Source of the DNA: a virus
Taxonomy: Duplodnaviria; Caudoviricetes
Length of the DNA stretch: 26,970 nt
Virus record (IMG/VR): IMGVR_UViG_3300037458_001039
Span: 1 to 26,970 of that record
Reading direction: 5' to 3' (one strand)
The notes under the pieces are model-generated. The model worked only from the letters and a program-made list of their open reading frames with translations. It was not told where the DNA came from and did no database searches. Position numbers and translations under genes: made by a program. Positions 16,052 through 24,595 of this stretch are shown piece by piece (position 1 is the first letter of the stretch; every line of letters starts with the position of its first letter).

Positions 16052-16665
16052 CAGCCGCCGCGGGCGATAGCCGGGCGATAGCCGGCTATGCGGCGCTCTT
16101 CAACACTCTCTCTGTTGTCCTGTGGGATTTCCGCGAGGAGATCGCCCCCGGCGCGTTTGCCGGTACACTGGCCAACGATGTACGGGCGTTGTGGAACCAC
16201 GACGTAACCCAGGTGCTCGGCCGTACGACGAATCAGTCGCTGCGGCTGCGCGAGGATAGCATCGGCCTGGCGTTCGACCTGGACCTGCCAGACACGCAGC
16301 TGGGGCGGGACGTCTACACGCTCATCGCCCGCGGCGACGTGACACAGATGAGTTTTGCCTTTCGGATGCTGCCAGAAGGGGACGAATGGCGCATCGACGG
16401 CGCTGGCCAGTACATTCGCCGCCTGCTGCGCGTGGATTTGGTGGAGATCTCGCCGGTCACATTTGCCGCATACCCGGAGACCAGCGTCGACGTGCGGATG
16501 GCGCTCTGGGGCGAACGAGTGCAGATTCCCGATGCGGTGCGCCGGGCGGCGCCGGGCGTCGGTGTCGATAGCATGGCGGCTGCGGCGCGGGCGCGCCGGC
16601 GGGCCATGACGGAGGTGGAATTGCAGTTGGCAACCCGGTGCTATGCCGGGAAGGAGTCGAGATGA
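16018..16665 (+). CDS. Prohead protease (HK97 family)
   Basis: IAGYAALFN, FREEIAPGAF, LWNHD, LGRT, MSFAF, EISPVTFAAY motifs. Confidence 0.93.
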   Translation: MERRLIATELRAAAAGDSRAIAGYAALFNTLSVVLWDFREEIAPGAFAGTLANDVRALWNHDVTQVLGRTTNQSLRLREDSIGLAFDLDLPDTQLGRDVYTLIARGDVTQMSFAFRMLPEGDEWRIDGAGQYIRRLLRVDLVEISPVTFAAYPETSVDVRMALWGERVQIPDAVRRAAPGVGVDSMAAAARARRRAMTEVELQLATRCYAGKESR

Positions 16666-17960
16666 GGAACCAGATCATCGAACTGCGGCGCAAACAGGTG
16701 GAGCTCGCGGAAGCCGCACGGGAGATCAACGGGCTCCGCGCTGAGCGCGAGCTGACGGAGGACGAACAGCAGCGCCTCGACGCGACGCTGGCCGAAATGG
16801 CGCGGCTGCAGACAGCCATAGAAACCGAGGAGCGGTTGAACGCCGTGCCCGCCAGCCCGGCCAGCGACCCGCGGATCGGCATGAGCGAGCGCGACCTGCG
16901 GGGCTACAGCCTGCTGCGGGCGATCCGAGCGAGCGCCAGCCGGGACTGGCGCGGGGCGGAGCTCGAACGCGAGGCCAGCGAAGCGACGGCCAAGCGTTTC
17001 GGGCGCGCGCCACAGGGGTTTTTCCTGCCGGTCGACTGGCTGGAAAGCCGCCAGCTCCCGAACGGCGCCGAGCAGCGCGATCTGACCGCCGGCACCAACA
17101 ACGCAGGCGGCTACACCGTGCAGACGTCCGTCTTGGGGCAGTCGTTCATCGATCTGCTGCGCAACCGGATGCTCTGCCGGGCCGCAGGCGCAACGGTGCT
17201 GTCCGGCCTGGTCGGGCCGGTCGCCATCCCGTCGCAGACGGCGGGCGCGACGGCCTACTGGGTGGCCGAGAACGGCGCCCCCACGGAGAGCCAGCAGACG
17301 ATCGGGCAGTTGGCGCTCTCGCCCAAGACGGTGGGCGCGTACACGGACATCTCGCGGCGCCTGCTCATCCAGAGCAGCATCGACGTGGAGATGATGGTGC
17401 GGGAGGACCTGGCGCTCGTGCTGGCGCTGGCGCTCGATCTGGCCGCGCTGCACGGTACGGGGTCGAGCAATCAACCGACGGGCATTGCCGCCACCTCCGG
17501 CATCGGCAGTGTGGCGGGCGGCACGAACGGCCTGGCGCCCGCCTGGTCGCATATCGTCAGCCTGGAGACCGAGGTCGCCATCGACAACGCCGACATCGGA
17601 CGGCTGGCCTACATGACCAATCCGAAGGTGCGCGGCAAGCTGAAGACGGTCGCGGTCGGCACGGACCAGCGCATGGTCTGGAGCGACAGCGATACGCCGC
17701 TCAACGGGTATCCGGCCTACGTGACCAACCAGGTCAGCAGCACGCTGAGCAAGGGCACCTCGAGCGGCGTCTGCTCGGCGATCTTCTTCGGCAACTGGGC
17801 GGATCTGGTCATCGCGCTGTGGAGCGGCATCGACATCCTGGTCGACCCGTATACGGGCTCGACGGCAGGCACGGTGCGCGTGGTGGCGCTGCAGGATGCG
17901 GACATCGGCGTGCGCACGGCCGCGTCGTTCGCGGCCATGCTGGACGCCCTGACCACCTGA
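16662..17960 (+). CDS. Major capsid protein (HK97 fold, N-terminal delta domain)
   Basis: Coiled-coil N-terminus; GGYTV, AYWVAE, G.G..NQP.GI, FFGNW motifs; AAGGAG RBS. Confidence 0.95.
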   Translation: MRNQIIELRRKQVELAEAAREINGLRAERELTEDEQQRLDATLAEMARLQTAIETEERLNAVPASPASDPRIGMSERDLRGYSLLRAIRASASRDWRGAELEREASEATAKRFGRAPQGFFLPVDWLESRQLPNGAEQRDLTAGTNNAGGYTVQTSVLGQSFIDLLRNRMLCRAAGATVLSGLVGPVAIPSQTAGATAYWVAENGAPTESQQTIGQLALSPKTVGAYTDISRRLLIQSSIDVEMMVREDLALVLALALDLAALHGTGSSNQPTGIAATSGIGSVAGGTNGLAPAWSHIVSLETEVAIDNADIGRLAYMTNPKVRGKLKTVAVGTDQRMVWSDSDTPLNGYPAYVTNQVSSTLSKGTSSGVCSAIFFGNWADLVIALWSGIDILVDPYTGSTAGTVRVVALQDADIGVRTAASFAAMLDALTT

Positions 17961-17965
17961 TCGTA

Positions 17966-18003
17966 GACCCGGGCTCGGGGCTGACTGGCCCCGAGCCCGG
18001 GTC
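17966..18003. other. 16-bp stem-loop after the capsid gene (mRNA stabiliser or terminator)
   Basis: gacccgggctcggggc-tgactg-gccccgagcccgggtc. Confidence 0.7.
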
Positions 18004-18016
18004 CTGTGGAGGATTC

Positions 18017-18247
18017 ATGCGGATCACAATCGTGCGGCCGACAGTCGTCAAGCCTGTTGGCGCAGAACCCAGATCTGTCGAACCGGGGGACGTCGTCGAC
18101 GTGGACCAGCAGCAGGCCCAGATGCTCATTGCGCTGCGCAAGGCCGTCATGGCGCCGGCGGAGCCTGTTGCGCTGGCGGGCGTCGAGCGCGCGGTCGACC
18201 CTGCGGCGCTGCACGCCGAAAAGCGCAAGCGGACGCCACATGGATAG
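18017..18247 (+). CDS. Small post-capsid protein (76 aa)
   Basis: GGAGG RBS; VEPGDVVDV...AQMLI motif typical of the gene following the capsid gene. Confidence 0.7.
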   Translation: MRITIVRPTVVKPVGAEPRSVEPGDVVDVDQQQAQMLIALRKAVMAPAEPVALAGVERAVDPAALHAEKRKRTPHG

Positions 18248-18824
18248 CCTAACCGTCATCACGCCGCCCGCCGAGCCTATCGTGACGCTGACCGCCATGA
18301 AGGCGGCCCTGCTCGTCGACCACAGCGCCGACGATGCGCTGATCGCCGCACTCGTGGCGGCGGCGACGACGGAGGCGCAGAACAGGGCGGCGCGGGCGCT
18401 GGTGACGCAGACGCTGAATCTGGCGCTCGACGCCTGGCCCGCGGATGGTGCGATACGGCTGTGGTGGCCACCGACGCAGTCCGTGTCGTTCGTGAAATAC
18501 TACGACGGCGACGGAATGCTGCAGACGGTGGCCGCCACCGACTATACGGCCATCCTGGACGTGTGCCCGGCGCTCGTGGTACCCGCGCCGAACAAAGCAT
18601 GGCCCAGCACGTCGCTGCGCAGCTTCTCGCCGATCCGGGTGCAGTACGTGGCCGGGTACGGCACCGCCGCGGCGGTCGCCGCGGCTGACCCGGAGCTGGT
18701 TCACTACGTCAAGGCGCTGGTGCAGGTGGATTACGAAAATCGGGAGAGCATCGGCCCGCAGGCGTACCAGCAGCGCGAGCGTATCCTCAACGCGCTGAAG
18801 GCGAAATGGGGGTGGGCTGGATGA
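18240..18824 (+). CDS. Head-tail connector/adaptor (gp6-like)
   Basis: PPAEPIVTL..MKA.L.VDH..DDALI...RALVTQT; DYENRE. Confidence 0.85.
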   Translation: MDSLTVITPPAEPIVTLTAMKAALLVDHSADDALIAALVAAATTEAQNRAARALVTQTLNLALDAWPADGAIRLWWPPTQSVSFVKYYDGDGMLQTVAATDYTAILDVCPALVVPAPNKAWPSTSLRSFSPIRVQYVAGYGTAAAVAAADPELVHYVKALVQVDYENRESIGPQAYQQRERILNALKAKWGWAG

Positions 18825-19180
18825 GGATCGGCGACCTGCGGCACCTGGTCTACCTGCAGACACCCACGGCGAGCCGGACGGAGCGCGGCGCCGAGCAAAT
18901 CACGTGGACGGATTCGCCGGCGCTGCGGGCGAAAATCCGCACGACCAGCGGGGATGAGCGCAGCGCGAATGACCAGACCGTCCCGGTGGCGGCGCACGAG
19001 GCGACACTGCGCTGGCCGCTGCCAAGGGGCACGGCGATCTCGACGAAGAGCCGGCTCAAGTGGCTCGACGACGGCACGGCCCGGTATTTCTCGATCCTCG
19101 CCATCTTGGAACCGGATAACCGGGGCCGCGTGATTGTCCTGACATGCCAGGAGCTGATCGGGGAAACCAGGGGGCTGTGA
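18821..19180 (+). CDS. Head closure/stopper protein
   Basis: MRIGDLRHLVYLQ...G....W motif; gene order. Confidence 0.82.
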   Translation: MRIGDLRHLVYLQTPTASRTERGAEQITWTDSPALRAKIRTTSGDERSANDQTVPVAAHEATLRWPLPRGTAISTKSRLKWLDDGTARYFSILAILEPDNRGRVIVLTCQELIGETRGL

Positions 19181-19683
19181 TGGCCAAGCGGTACATGAAG
19201 CGCAGGGTGCAGGTGGAATGGTACGGCGACGACTTCACGGCCGTCGTCGACCAGTATGGCGACGAGGCGCTGTTTGCGGCCGGGCAGATCGTCCTGGCAG
19301 ATGCGCAGCGCCGCGCGCCGCGTGGTCCGACCGGCAACCTGCGGAAGTCCGGCTATGTCGGCACTAAGGATCGCAGCAGCTACATGTGGCGGCGGTACTG
19401 GCGCAAGGAGAAACGGCCACCGAAGGGCAGCGCGGTCGTAGCCTTCACGGCGCCCCACGCACATCTGGTCGAAGGCGGCCGACGGCGGGCGGGGGCAATC
19501 GTGCCGAAGCGGCGCCGGGCGCTGAAGATCGGGGACCGCTTCGTGAGCCACAGCCGGTTCCGGCGCTACAGCTCACGTCCGTTCCTGGGCCCCGCCATCG
19601 ACGCCACGCGCGAGACGCTCGTCGCGGAGCTGGCCGGGGTGTTGAGGCGGCGGCTGGAAGAGAAGCTGCCGGGGGCCCGCTGA
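19180..19683 (+). CDS. HK97 gp10-like neck/tail completion protein
   Basis: AP..TGNLRKS, HAHLVEGG, RPFLGPA motifs. Confidence 0.82.
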   Translation: MAKRYMKRRVQVEWYGDDFTAVVDQYGDEALFAAGQIVLADAQRRAPRGPTGNLRKSGYVGTKDRSSYMWRRYWRKEKRPPKGSAVVAFTAPHAHLVEGGRRRAGAIVPKRRRALKIGDRFVSHSRFRRYSSRPFLGPAIDATRETLVAELAGVLRRRLEEKLPGAR

Positions 19684-20066
19684 TGGACATGGGGAAGATC
19701 ATCTACGATCGGTTGACGGGCAATGCGGGCGTGGCGGCGCTGGTGGCCACCCGCGTCTATCCCGACGAGGCGCCCGACGACGCCGATCTGCCGCTCGTGG
19801 TCTACGGCGTGCAACTCAGCGACCAAAACGACGGGACGGCGCCGATGAAGGAGTGTACGATCACCGCCCACGGCTGGGCCGCCAGCGACAGCACGGCGCA
19901 GAGCCTGGCGGAGGCGCTCCACGCCGCGCTGGAAGGCTATAACGGCCAGGCGGATACGACCGCGCTGCGCTGTCTTACCCTGACGGCCTACGACGAGGAG
20001 CGCAGTTTCGAGATGAACGTGTGGGGCCGGCTACTAACCTACAGCGGGCTCGTAGTGTTGGGATAG
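19683..20066 (+). CDS. Tail terminator (DUF3168-like)
   Basis: IYDRL...VAALVATRVYP..AP...LPLVVY. Confidence 0.8.
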   Translation: MDMGKIIYDRLTGNAGVAALVATRVYPDEAPDDADLPLVVYGVQLSDQNDGTAPMKECTITAHGWAASDSTAQSLAEALHAALEGYNGQADTTALRCLTLTAYDEERSFEMNVWGRLLTYSGLVVLG

Positions 20067-20076
20067 AGGAGGACAC

Positions 20077-20676
20077 ATGGCAGTAACAGATATAATCGTC
20101 TCTCCGGCGGCGCTGTGGTATTCGCCGCTGAGCACGGCGCTCCCGGACGAGACCACCGTGGCGGCAGGCGCAGCCTGGGCCAGTTGGACCAGCCTGGGCT
20201 ACACGCTGGCCCCGGTCGAGCTGGGTTTCGACGTCGAGACGTTTGAGTTGGAGGTGGAGCAGCTTGCCAACCCGATCCGGCGGGTGCGCACGAAGGAGGT
20301 GGCCACCATCGAGACGATGTTGGCGGAAAACTCGGCCGCCAACCTGAAGCTGGCGTTGGCCAGCTCGCAGAGCGTCACGACCGTGGCGGCGGGCGCGTCC
20401 CAGCACGGGTTCGATACGCTGAAGGTGGGCGGCGAGGTGCTCATGCCGGAGTATCAGTTCGGATTCGAAGCGGTCGTCTACGACAGCTCCAATCGGGCGC
20501 TCATCAAACGCGTCTTCGTGTACCGCGGCACCGCGGTCATGGGCGGCAAGCTGTCATACTCGAAGAAGGCGGCGGCCGGCATCCCGCTGAAGATCATCGC
20601 GCTGGCGGACACGGCCAAAGCCGCTGGCCAGCAATTGATCGAGGTGCAGTACGTCACCGCCTGGAAGACCTCATGA
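20077..20676 (+). CDS. Major tail (tube) protein
   Basis: GAGGAGG RBS; W.SLGYT motif; position after the tail terminator. Confidence 0.8.
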   Translation: MAVTDIIVSPAALWYSPLSTALPDETTVAAGAAWASWTSLGYTLAPVELGFDVETFELEVEQLANPIRRVRTKEVATIETMLAENSAANLKLALASSQSVTTVAAGASQHGFDTLKVGGEVLMPEYQFGFEAVVYDSSNRALIKRVFVYRGTAVMGGKLSYSKKAAAGIPLKIIALADTAKAAGQQLIEVQYVTAWKTS

Positions 20677-21107
20677 GGGAGATCGAAATCATCCTGGGCG
20701 AAACATCGTATCGGGTGCGGCAGGCGCCGATCCGGCGCGAAGCCATCTGGCGGCGCGAGCTGCAGGAGCAGCTCGCGCCAGTGCTCGACCTGGTGGCCAA
20801 CGCGCAGACGATCGAGTTTTCCTCGCCCGCGGATCTGGCAGCGTTCGTGCGGCGGGTGGCCCCGCTGCTGCTCGACGCCACCGACATCATGCTCGAGCTG
20901 CTATTCTCGTATGCGCCCGAGCTGGCGGACCAGCGGGCGCAGATCGAGGAGACCGCCTACAGCGACGAGGTCCTGGCGGCCATGAAGGGGGTGCTGCGCC
21001 TTGCGTACCCTTTTCTGGCCGACCTGACGCAACTGGCGGAGCTCGGACGCACTTCGATGGGGAGTGGGGCGCCGCCGACCACATCGCCGACGACCTCGAC
21101 GAGCTGA
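20673..21107 (+). CDS. Tail assembly chaperone (lambda gpG-like)
   Basis: Position between tail tube and tape measure genes; in-frame slippery heptamer near its end. Confidence 0.78.
   Translation: MREIEIILGETSYRVRQAPIRREAIWRRELQEQLAPVLDLVANAQTIEFSSPADLAAFVRRVAPLLLDATDIMLELLFSYAPELADQRAQIEETAYSDEVLAAMKGVLRLAYPFLADLTQLAELGRTSMGSGAPPTTSPTTSTS
21008..21014 (+). other. Programmed -1 frameshift site C CCT TTT
   Basis: X XXY YYZ in the chaperone frame; the -1 frame is open through to the ORF at 21107-21334. Confidence 0.75.
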
Positions 21108-21334
21108 TGCTGGCGGAGTGGCCCGCGGCGGCAGCCTGGGCCGATGCCGGGGCACAAAGCCGGCTGGTGGCGGCCTGGCTGCGGCGCAAGCGCATCGAGG
21201 CCAGGCTGATCGCCGCCGAGGTGGGCCGGCTGTTTGCGGGCGCTGGCGACGATCACCAGAGGGTAAGCGAGAGCGACATGCTGGCGATGCTGGGCGTGAC
21301 TGTGCGGGGGCTGGATGGCAGTCAAATTAGCTGA
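21014..21334 (+). CDS. Frameshift extension of the tail chaperone (gpGT-like C-terminal part)
   Basis: -1 frame SGRPDATGGARTHFDGEWGAADHIADDLDELMLAEW... is continuous with the 75-aa ORF. Confidence 0.7.
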   Translation, partial: SGRPDATGGARTHFDGEWGAADHIADDLDELMLAEWPAAAAWADAGAQSRLVAAWLRRKRIEARLIAAEVGRLFAGAGDDHQRVSESDMLAMLGVTVRGLDGSQIS

Positions 21335-23390
21335 CGCAGTTGCCTATCTGCGCGCCGACAACGACCAACTGAAAAAGGACATGCGCGAGTCCGAAACGGT
21401 GATGCAGAACAGCGGCAGCCGGTTCGGCAGCGTCCTGCAAGGCATCGGCATGTCAGTCGGGCTCGGGCTGGCCAATATCGCCGCGGATGCCGTCGGTGGG
21501 GTGGTCACGTTCATGGGTGACAGCGTGCGCGCCGCCAGCGACATGGGCGAAACCGTCTCCAAGACCAACGTGCTCTTCGGCGCATCGGCGGCTGGGCTGC
21601 TGGCCTGGGCCGAAACCGCCGCCACCACCATCGGCCAGAGCAAGCAGCAGGCGCTGGACGCGGCGACCACGTTCGCCACGTTTGGGCGCGCCGCAGGGCT
21701 GGCGGGCGACGACCTGGTGTCGTTTTCGAGCGAGTTCGTAGGGCTGGCGAGCGACCTGGCCAGCTTCAACAACACCTCGCCAGAGGACGCGATCCAGGCG
21801 ATCGGCGCTGCCCTGCGCGGCGAGGCGGAGCCCATGCGGCGCTATGGCGTGCTCCTCGACGACGCCACGCTGAAGGCCGAGGCTATGAAACTGGGCATCT
21901 TTGACGGCACGGGCGCGCTGACCGCGCAGCAGAAGGTGCTGGCGGCGCAGGCGGCCATCTACGCGCAGACAAGCGCGGCGCAGGGCGACTTTGCCCGGAC
22001 GTCCGGCGGGCTGGCCAACCAGCAACGGGTGCTCGACGCCCAGATGGCGAATCTGAAAGCGACCATCGGCGAGGCGCTGCTGCCGATCGTACTGTCCCTG
22101 GTGTCGGTGCTGAACAACCTGGTGCAGGCCGTGCTGCCGCCGCTGACCGGTTTCATCCGCAACCAGGTAATGCCCGTGATGACTGCGTTGGGCGACGTGA
22201 TCAACCGCATACTAGGGCCGGCGGTGGCGGCGATCTCTCGCGCGTTTCAGGGCCTGGGCGGCACGCTGGAGCAGCAGCGCAATGGGCCGCTGGCCTATCT
22301 CGGGCGCTGGTTCGCGGAGAATATGCCGCGCATCCAGTTGCTGGTCGAACGTGTCGTCGGCGCCATCACCGGCTTTTGGGAAGCACACGGCGAGCGCATC
22401 ATGGCCGTCGTGCGGCCGCTCCTGGAGTGGCTGATCGCGTTCTGGGACACCCAACTGCGCACCCTGCTCGATATCGTCACGGCGCTCCTGCAGGTGCTGA
22501 CCGGCGATTTCAGCGGCGCTGGCGAGACGCTGCGCGGCATCTGGAACAGATGGTGGGAATTCCTCAGCACCACGTTCACCAACATGCGTGACGGCATCAT
22601 AAATTTTTTCGCATCGGTCAACTGGCCGGAGCTCGGCCGGACAATCGTCGTGGGTATCGCCACTGGGCTGCGCAACGCGGCGGTGTTCGTGGTGACGGCC
22701 ACGCAGGATGTCGGCGCCGGAATCGGCAACTGGTTCCAGTCAATTGATTGGTTGGCCCTGGGCCGGACAATCGTCGTGGGGATCGCCACTGGCGTCGCGA
22801 ACGCAGCGAGCCTATTGTGGTCGGGGACCAGCACGGCTGGAGCGCAGATCGCCAACTGGTTCCAGTCCGTGGACTGGGGCGCACTGGGCTGGGCAGTCCT
22901 CCAGGCGATCGGCGCCGGACTATTGGGTTCGGGGCGGTTCTTGTACGACACTGCGAACACAATCGGCAGCGGGATCGGCGAATGGTTCACTGCCGTGGAC
23001 TGGGGGGCCATCGGGACGGCCATCGTGCAGGGAATCGGCGCCGGTATCATGAATTCCGGCTCCTGGCTCCAGCAGCAGGTCAGCAACGCCGCGCAGAGCG
23101 CGCTCGATGCAGCCAAGAATGCCCTGGGCATCCGCTCGCCCTCGACGGTCGCGGCCGAGCAGATCGGCGTGCCGTTTGTCGAGGGCATCGGCGTCGGCCT
23201 GCAGCGGGCGCTGGGGGACCTCTCCGGCAGCATTGCGGCGGGCATGTCGAGTTTGGCGGCCGGCGCCCGGGCGGGCCCACTGCAGCCGATAGCCGTCACG
23301 CTCAACATCTATGGCGGGGACGCAGCGACCGTCGGCGGCGCGGCGCGTGATGGGGTGCTGGCCGGGCTGCGGGCTGCGGGGTGGCGCTAG
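21315..23390 (+). CDS. Tail tape measure protein
   Basis: 691-aa Ala-rich helical protein; ASDLASFNN motif; four ~40-aa Trp repeats; LGIRSPS C-terminal motif. Confidence 0.93.
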   Translation: MAVKLADAVAYLRADNDQLKKDMRESETVMQNSGSRFGSVLQGIGMSVGLGLANIAADAVGGVVTFMGDSVRAASDMGETVSKTNVLFGASAAGLLAWAETAATTIGQSKQQALDAATTFATFGRAAGLAGDDLVSFSSEFVGLASDLASFNNTSPEDAIQAIGAALRGEAEPMRRYGVLLDDATLKAEAMKLGIFDGTGALTAQQKVLAAQAAIYAQTSAAQGDFARTSGGLANQQRVLDAQMANLKATIGEALLPIVLSLVSVLNNLVQAVLPPLTGFIRNQVMPVMTALGDVINRILGPAVAAISRAFQGLGGTLEQQRNGPLAYLGRWFAENMPRIQLLVERVVGAITGFWEAHGERIMAVVRPLLEWLIAFWDTQLRTLLDIVTALLQVLTGDFSGAGETLRGIWNRWWEFLSTTFTNMRDGIINFFASVNWPELGRTIVVGIATGLRNAAVFVVTATQDVGAGIGNWFQSIDWLALGRTIVVGIATGVANAASLLWSGTSTAGAQIANWFQSVDWGALGWAVLQAIGAGLLGSGRFLYDTANTIGSGIGEWFTAVDWGAIGTAIVQGIGAGIMNSGSWLQQQVSNAAQSALDAAKNALGIRSPSTVAAEQIGVPFVEGIGVGLQRALGDLSGSIAAGMSSLAAGARAGPLQPIAVTLNIYGGDAATVGGAARDGVLAGLRAAGWR

Positions 23391-24254
23391 ATGGCCGTCT
23401 ACCAGATCTACCAATTCGACGACGCGGCCCTGCCGCTCTACAACCCGGAGCAGCAGTTGTCGCCGCCAGCCGCGCCGAGCGCGCTGGTGGCCAGTATCGG
23501 CGGTCAGTTCGATTACGCCGGCGGCCGCCGCGAGCTGGCGCAGGCGCACGAGATCAGCGTGCGCGGCATCTACGCTGCGCCGGAGACGGCCTACCTGGTC
23601 GACCACGCCGGCAACCAGATCGTGGACCACGCCAGCAACGACATCATTGTCGCCACAGCGCTGGGCTACCTGCGCTACCAGATGCAGGCGCTCACCGACA
23701 AGATCGGCTGCCAGGGCACACTATGGCGCCGGCGCTGGGACGATGAGACGGTTGCGCAGTGGAAGACGGCCAGGCTGCGGACCGTGCGCCAGAGCCACGA
23801 CTACAAACGGCGGCTCTACCTGGCGGAAATTGAAGCCGCTTTCGAGAGCAGTATGGTGGGTTGGCGGGCGGCGACGGCCGTTACCGTCAGCGGTACGCTC
23901 GTCACCAACGGGCGCGTTGGACTCCGCATCGACGGCGGCGGCGATGTGCAGATCGACGATGCCGTGCTGACCATTGCGGCTACCGGCGCGATCACCAGCC
24001 TGACCATTGCGGCCACTGACGCCGGGATCGAGCTGGTCTACGCCGGCACGTTGGCGTCCGGCCAGACGCTGACCATCGACGCCGGCGCCCGGACGGTCAA
24101 GCGTGGGACCGCCAACCATTACCAGTATTTCAGTCTCGGCGCGAAACACACCGCCGACGGCTGGCTGCCTCTAGCCCGCGGCGTCACGCCGCTCGTGATC
24201 TACAGCGACGGGCCGGGCACTGCAACCGTGAGATACTATCATCAGTTCCTATGA
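23391..24254 (+). CDS. Distal tail (Dit-like) protein
   Basis: Directly follows the tape measure gene; beta-rich C-terminal half (LASGQTLTIDAG...WLPLARG). Confidence 0.72.
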   Translation: MAVYQIYQFDDAALPLYNPEQQLSPPAAPSALVASIGGQFDYAGGRRELAQAHEISVRGIYAAPETAYLVDHAGNQIVDHASNDIIVATALGYLRYQMQALTDKIGCQGTLWRRRWDDETVAQWKTARLRTVRQSHDYKRRLYLAEIEAAFESSMVGWRAATAVTVSGTLVTNGRVGLRIDGGGDVQIDDAVLTIAATGAITSLTIAATDAGIELVYAGTLASGQTLTIDAGARTVKRGTANHYQYFSLGAKHTADGWLPLARGVTPLVIYSDGPGTATVRYYHQFL

Positions 24255-24262
24255 GGTGACGC

Positions 24263-24586
24263 ATGACATTCCTGGAGCAGGTAACACGCGCCGAAAACGG
24301 CGAATTTCAGATGCAGGTGCGGCAGGCGGCGGTGACGCGGGCGATCCAGATCATGGACCTGGCGCCGACGAACACGCCGGAGGACATCGAGGCGCACCGC
24401 AAACGAACGGCGCTGGCCCGCGAGGTGCTGCTCAACGCCAACCAGCTGGCGCGGGCATTTGCACCAGCGGTGGCCAGCAATCCCGGCCTCGCCGAGACGT
24501 ATACGGACGGGGATCTGCAGTACACACTGAACACGTACTGGGACGCGTTCGCCGGCATCGTGAAGCCGCCCATCGACGCCAGCTAA
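24263..24586 (+). CDS. Hypothetical tail-region protein (107 aa)
   Basis: GAGG RBS; fits between Dit and the next gene. Confidence 0.7.
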   Translation: MTFLEQVTRAENGEFQMQVRQAAVTRAIQIMDLAPTNTPEDIEAHRKRTALAREVLLNANQLARAFAPAVASNPGLAETYTDGDLQYTLNTYWDAFAGIVKPPIDAS

Positions 24587-24595
24587 TCGGGATCT

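Noticed and set aside
22600-23060. Four ~120-bp repeats in the tape measure gene
   Set aside because: Ordinary Trp-periodic tape measure repeats
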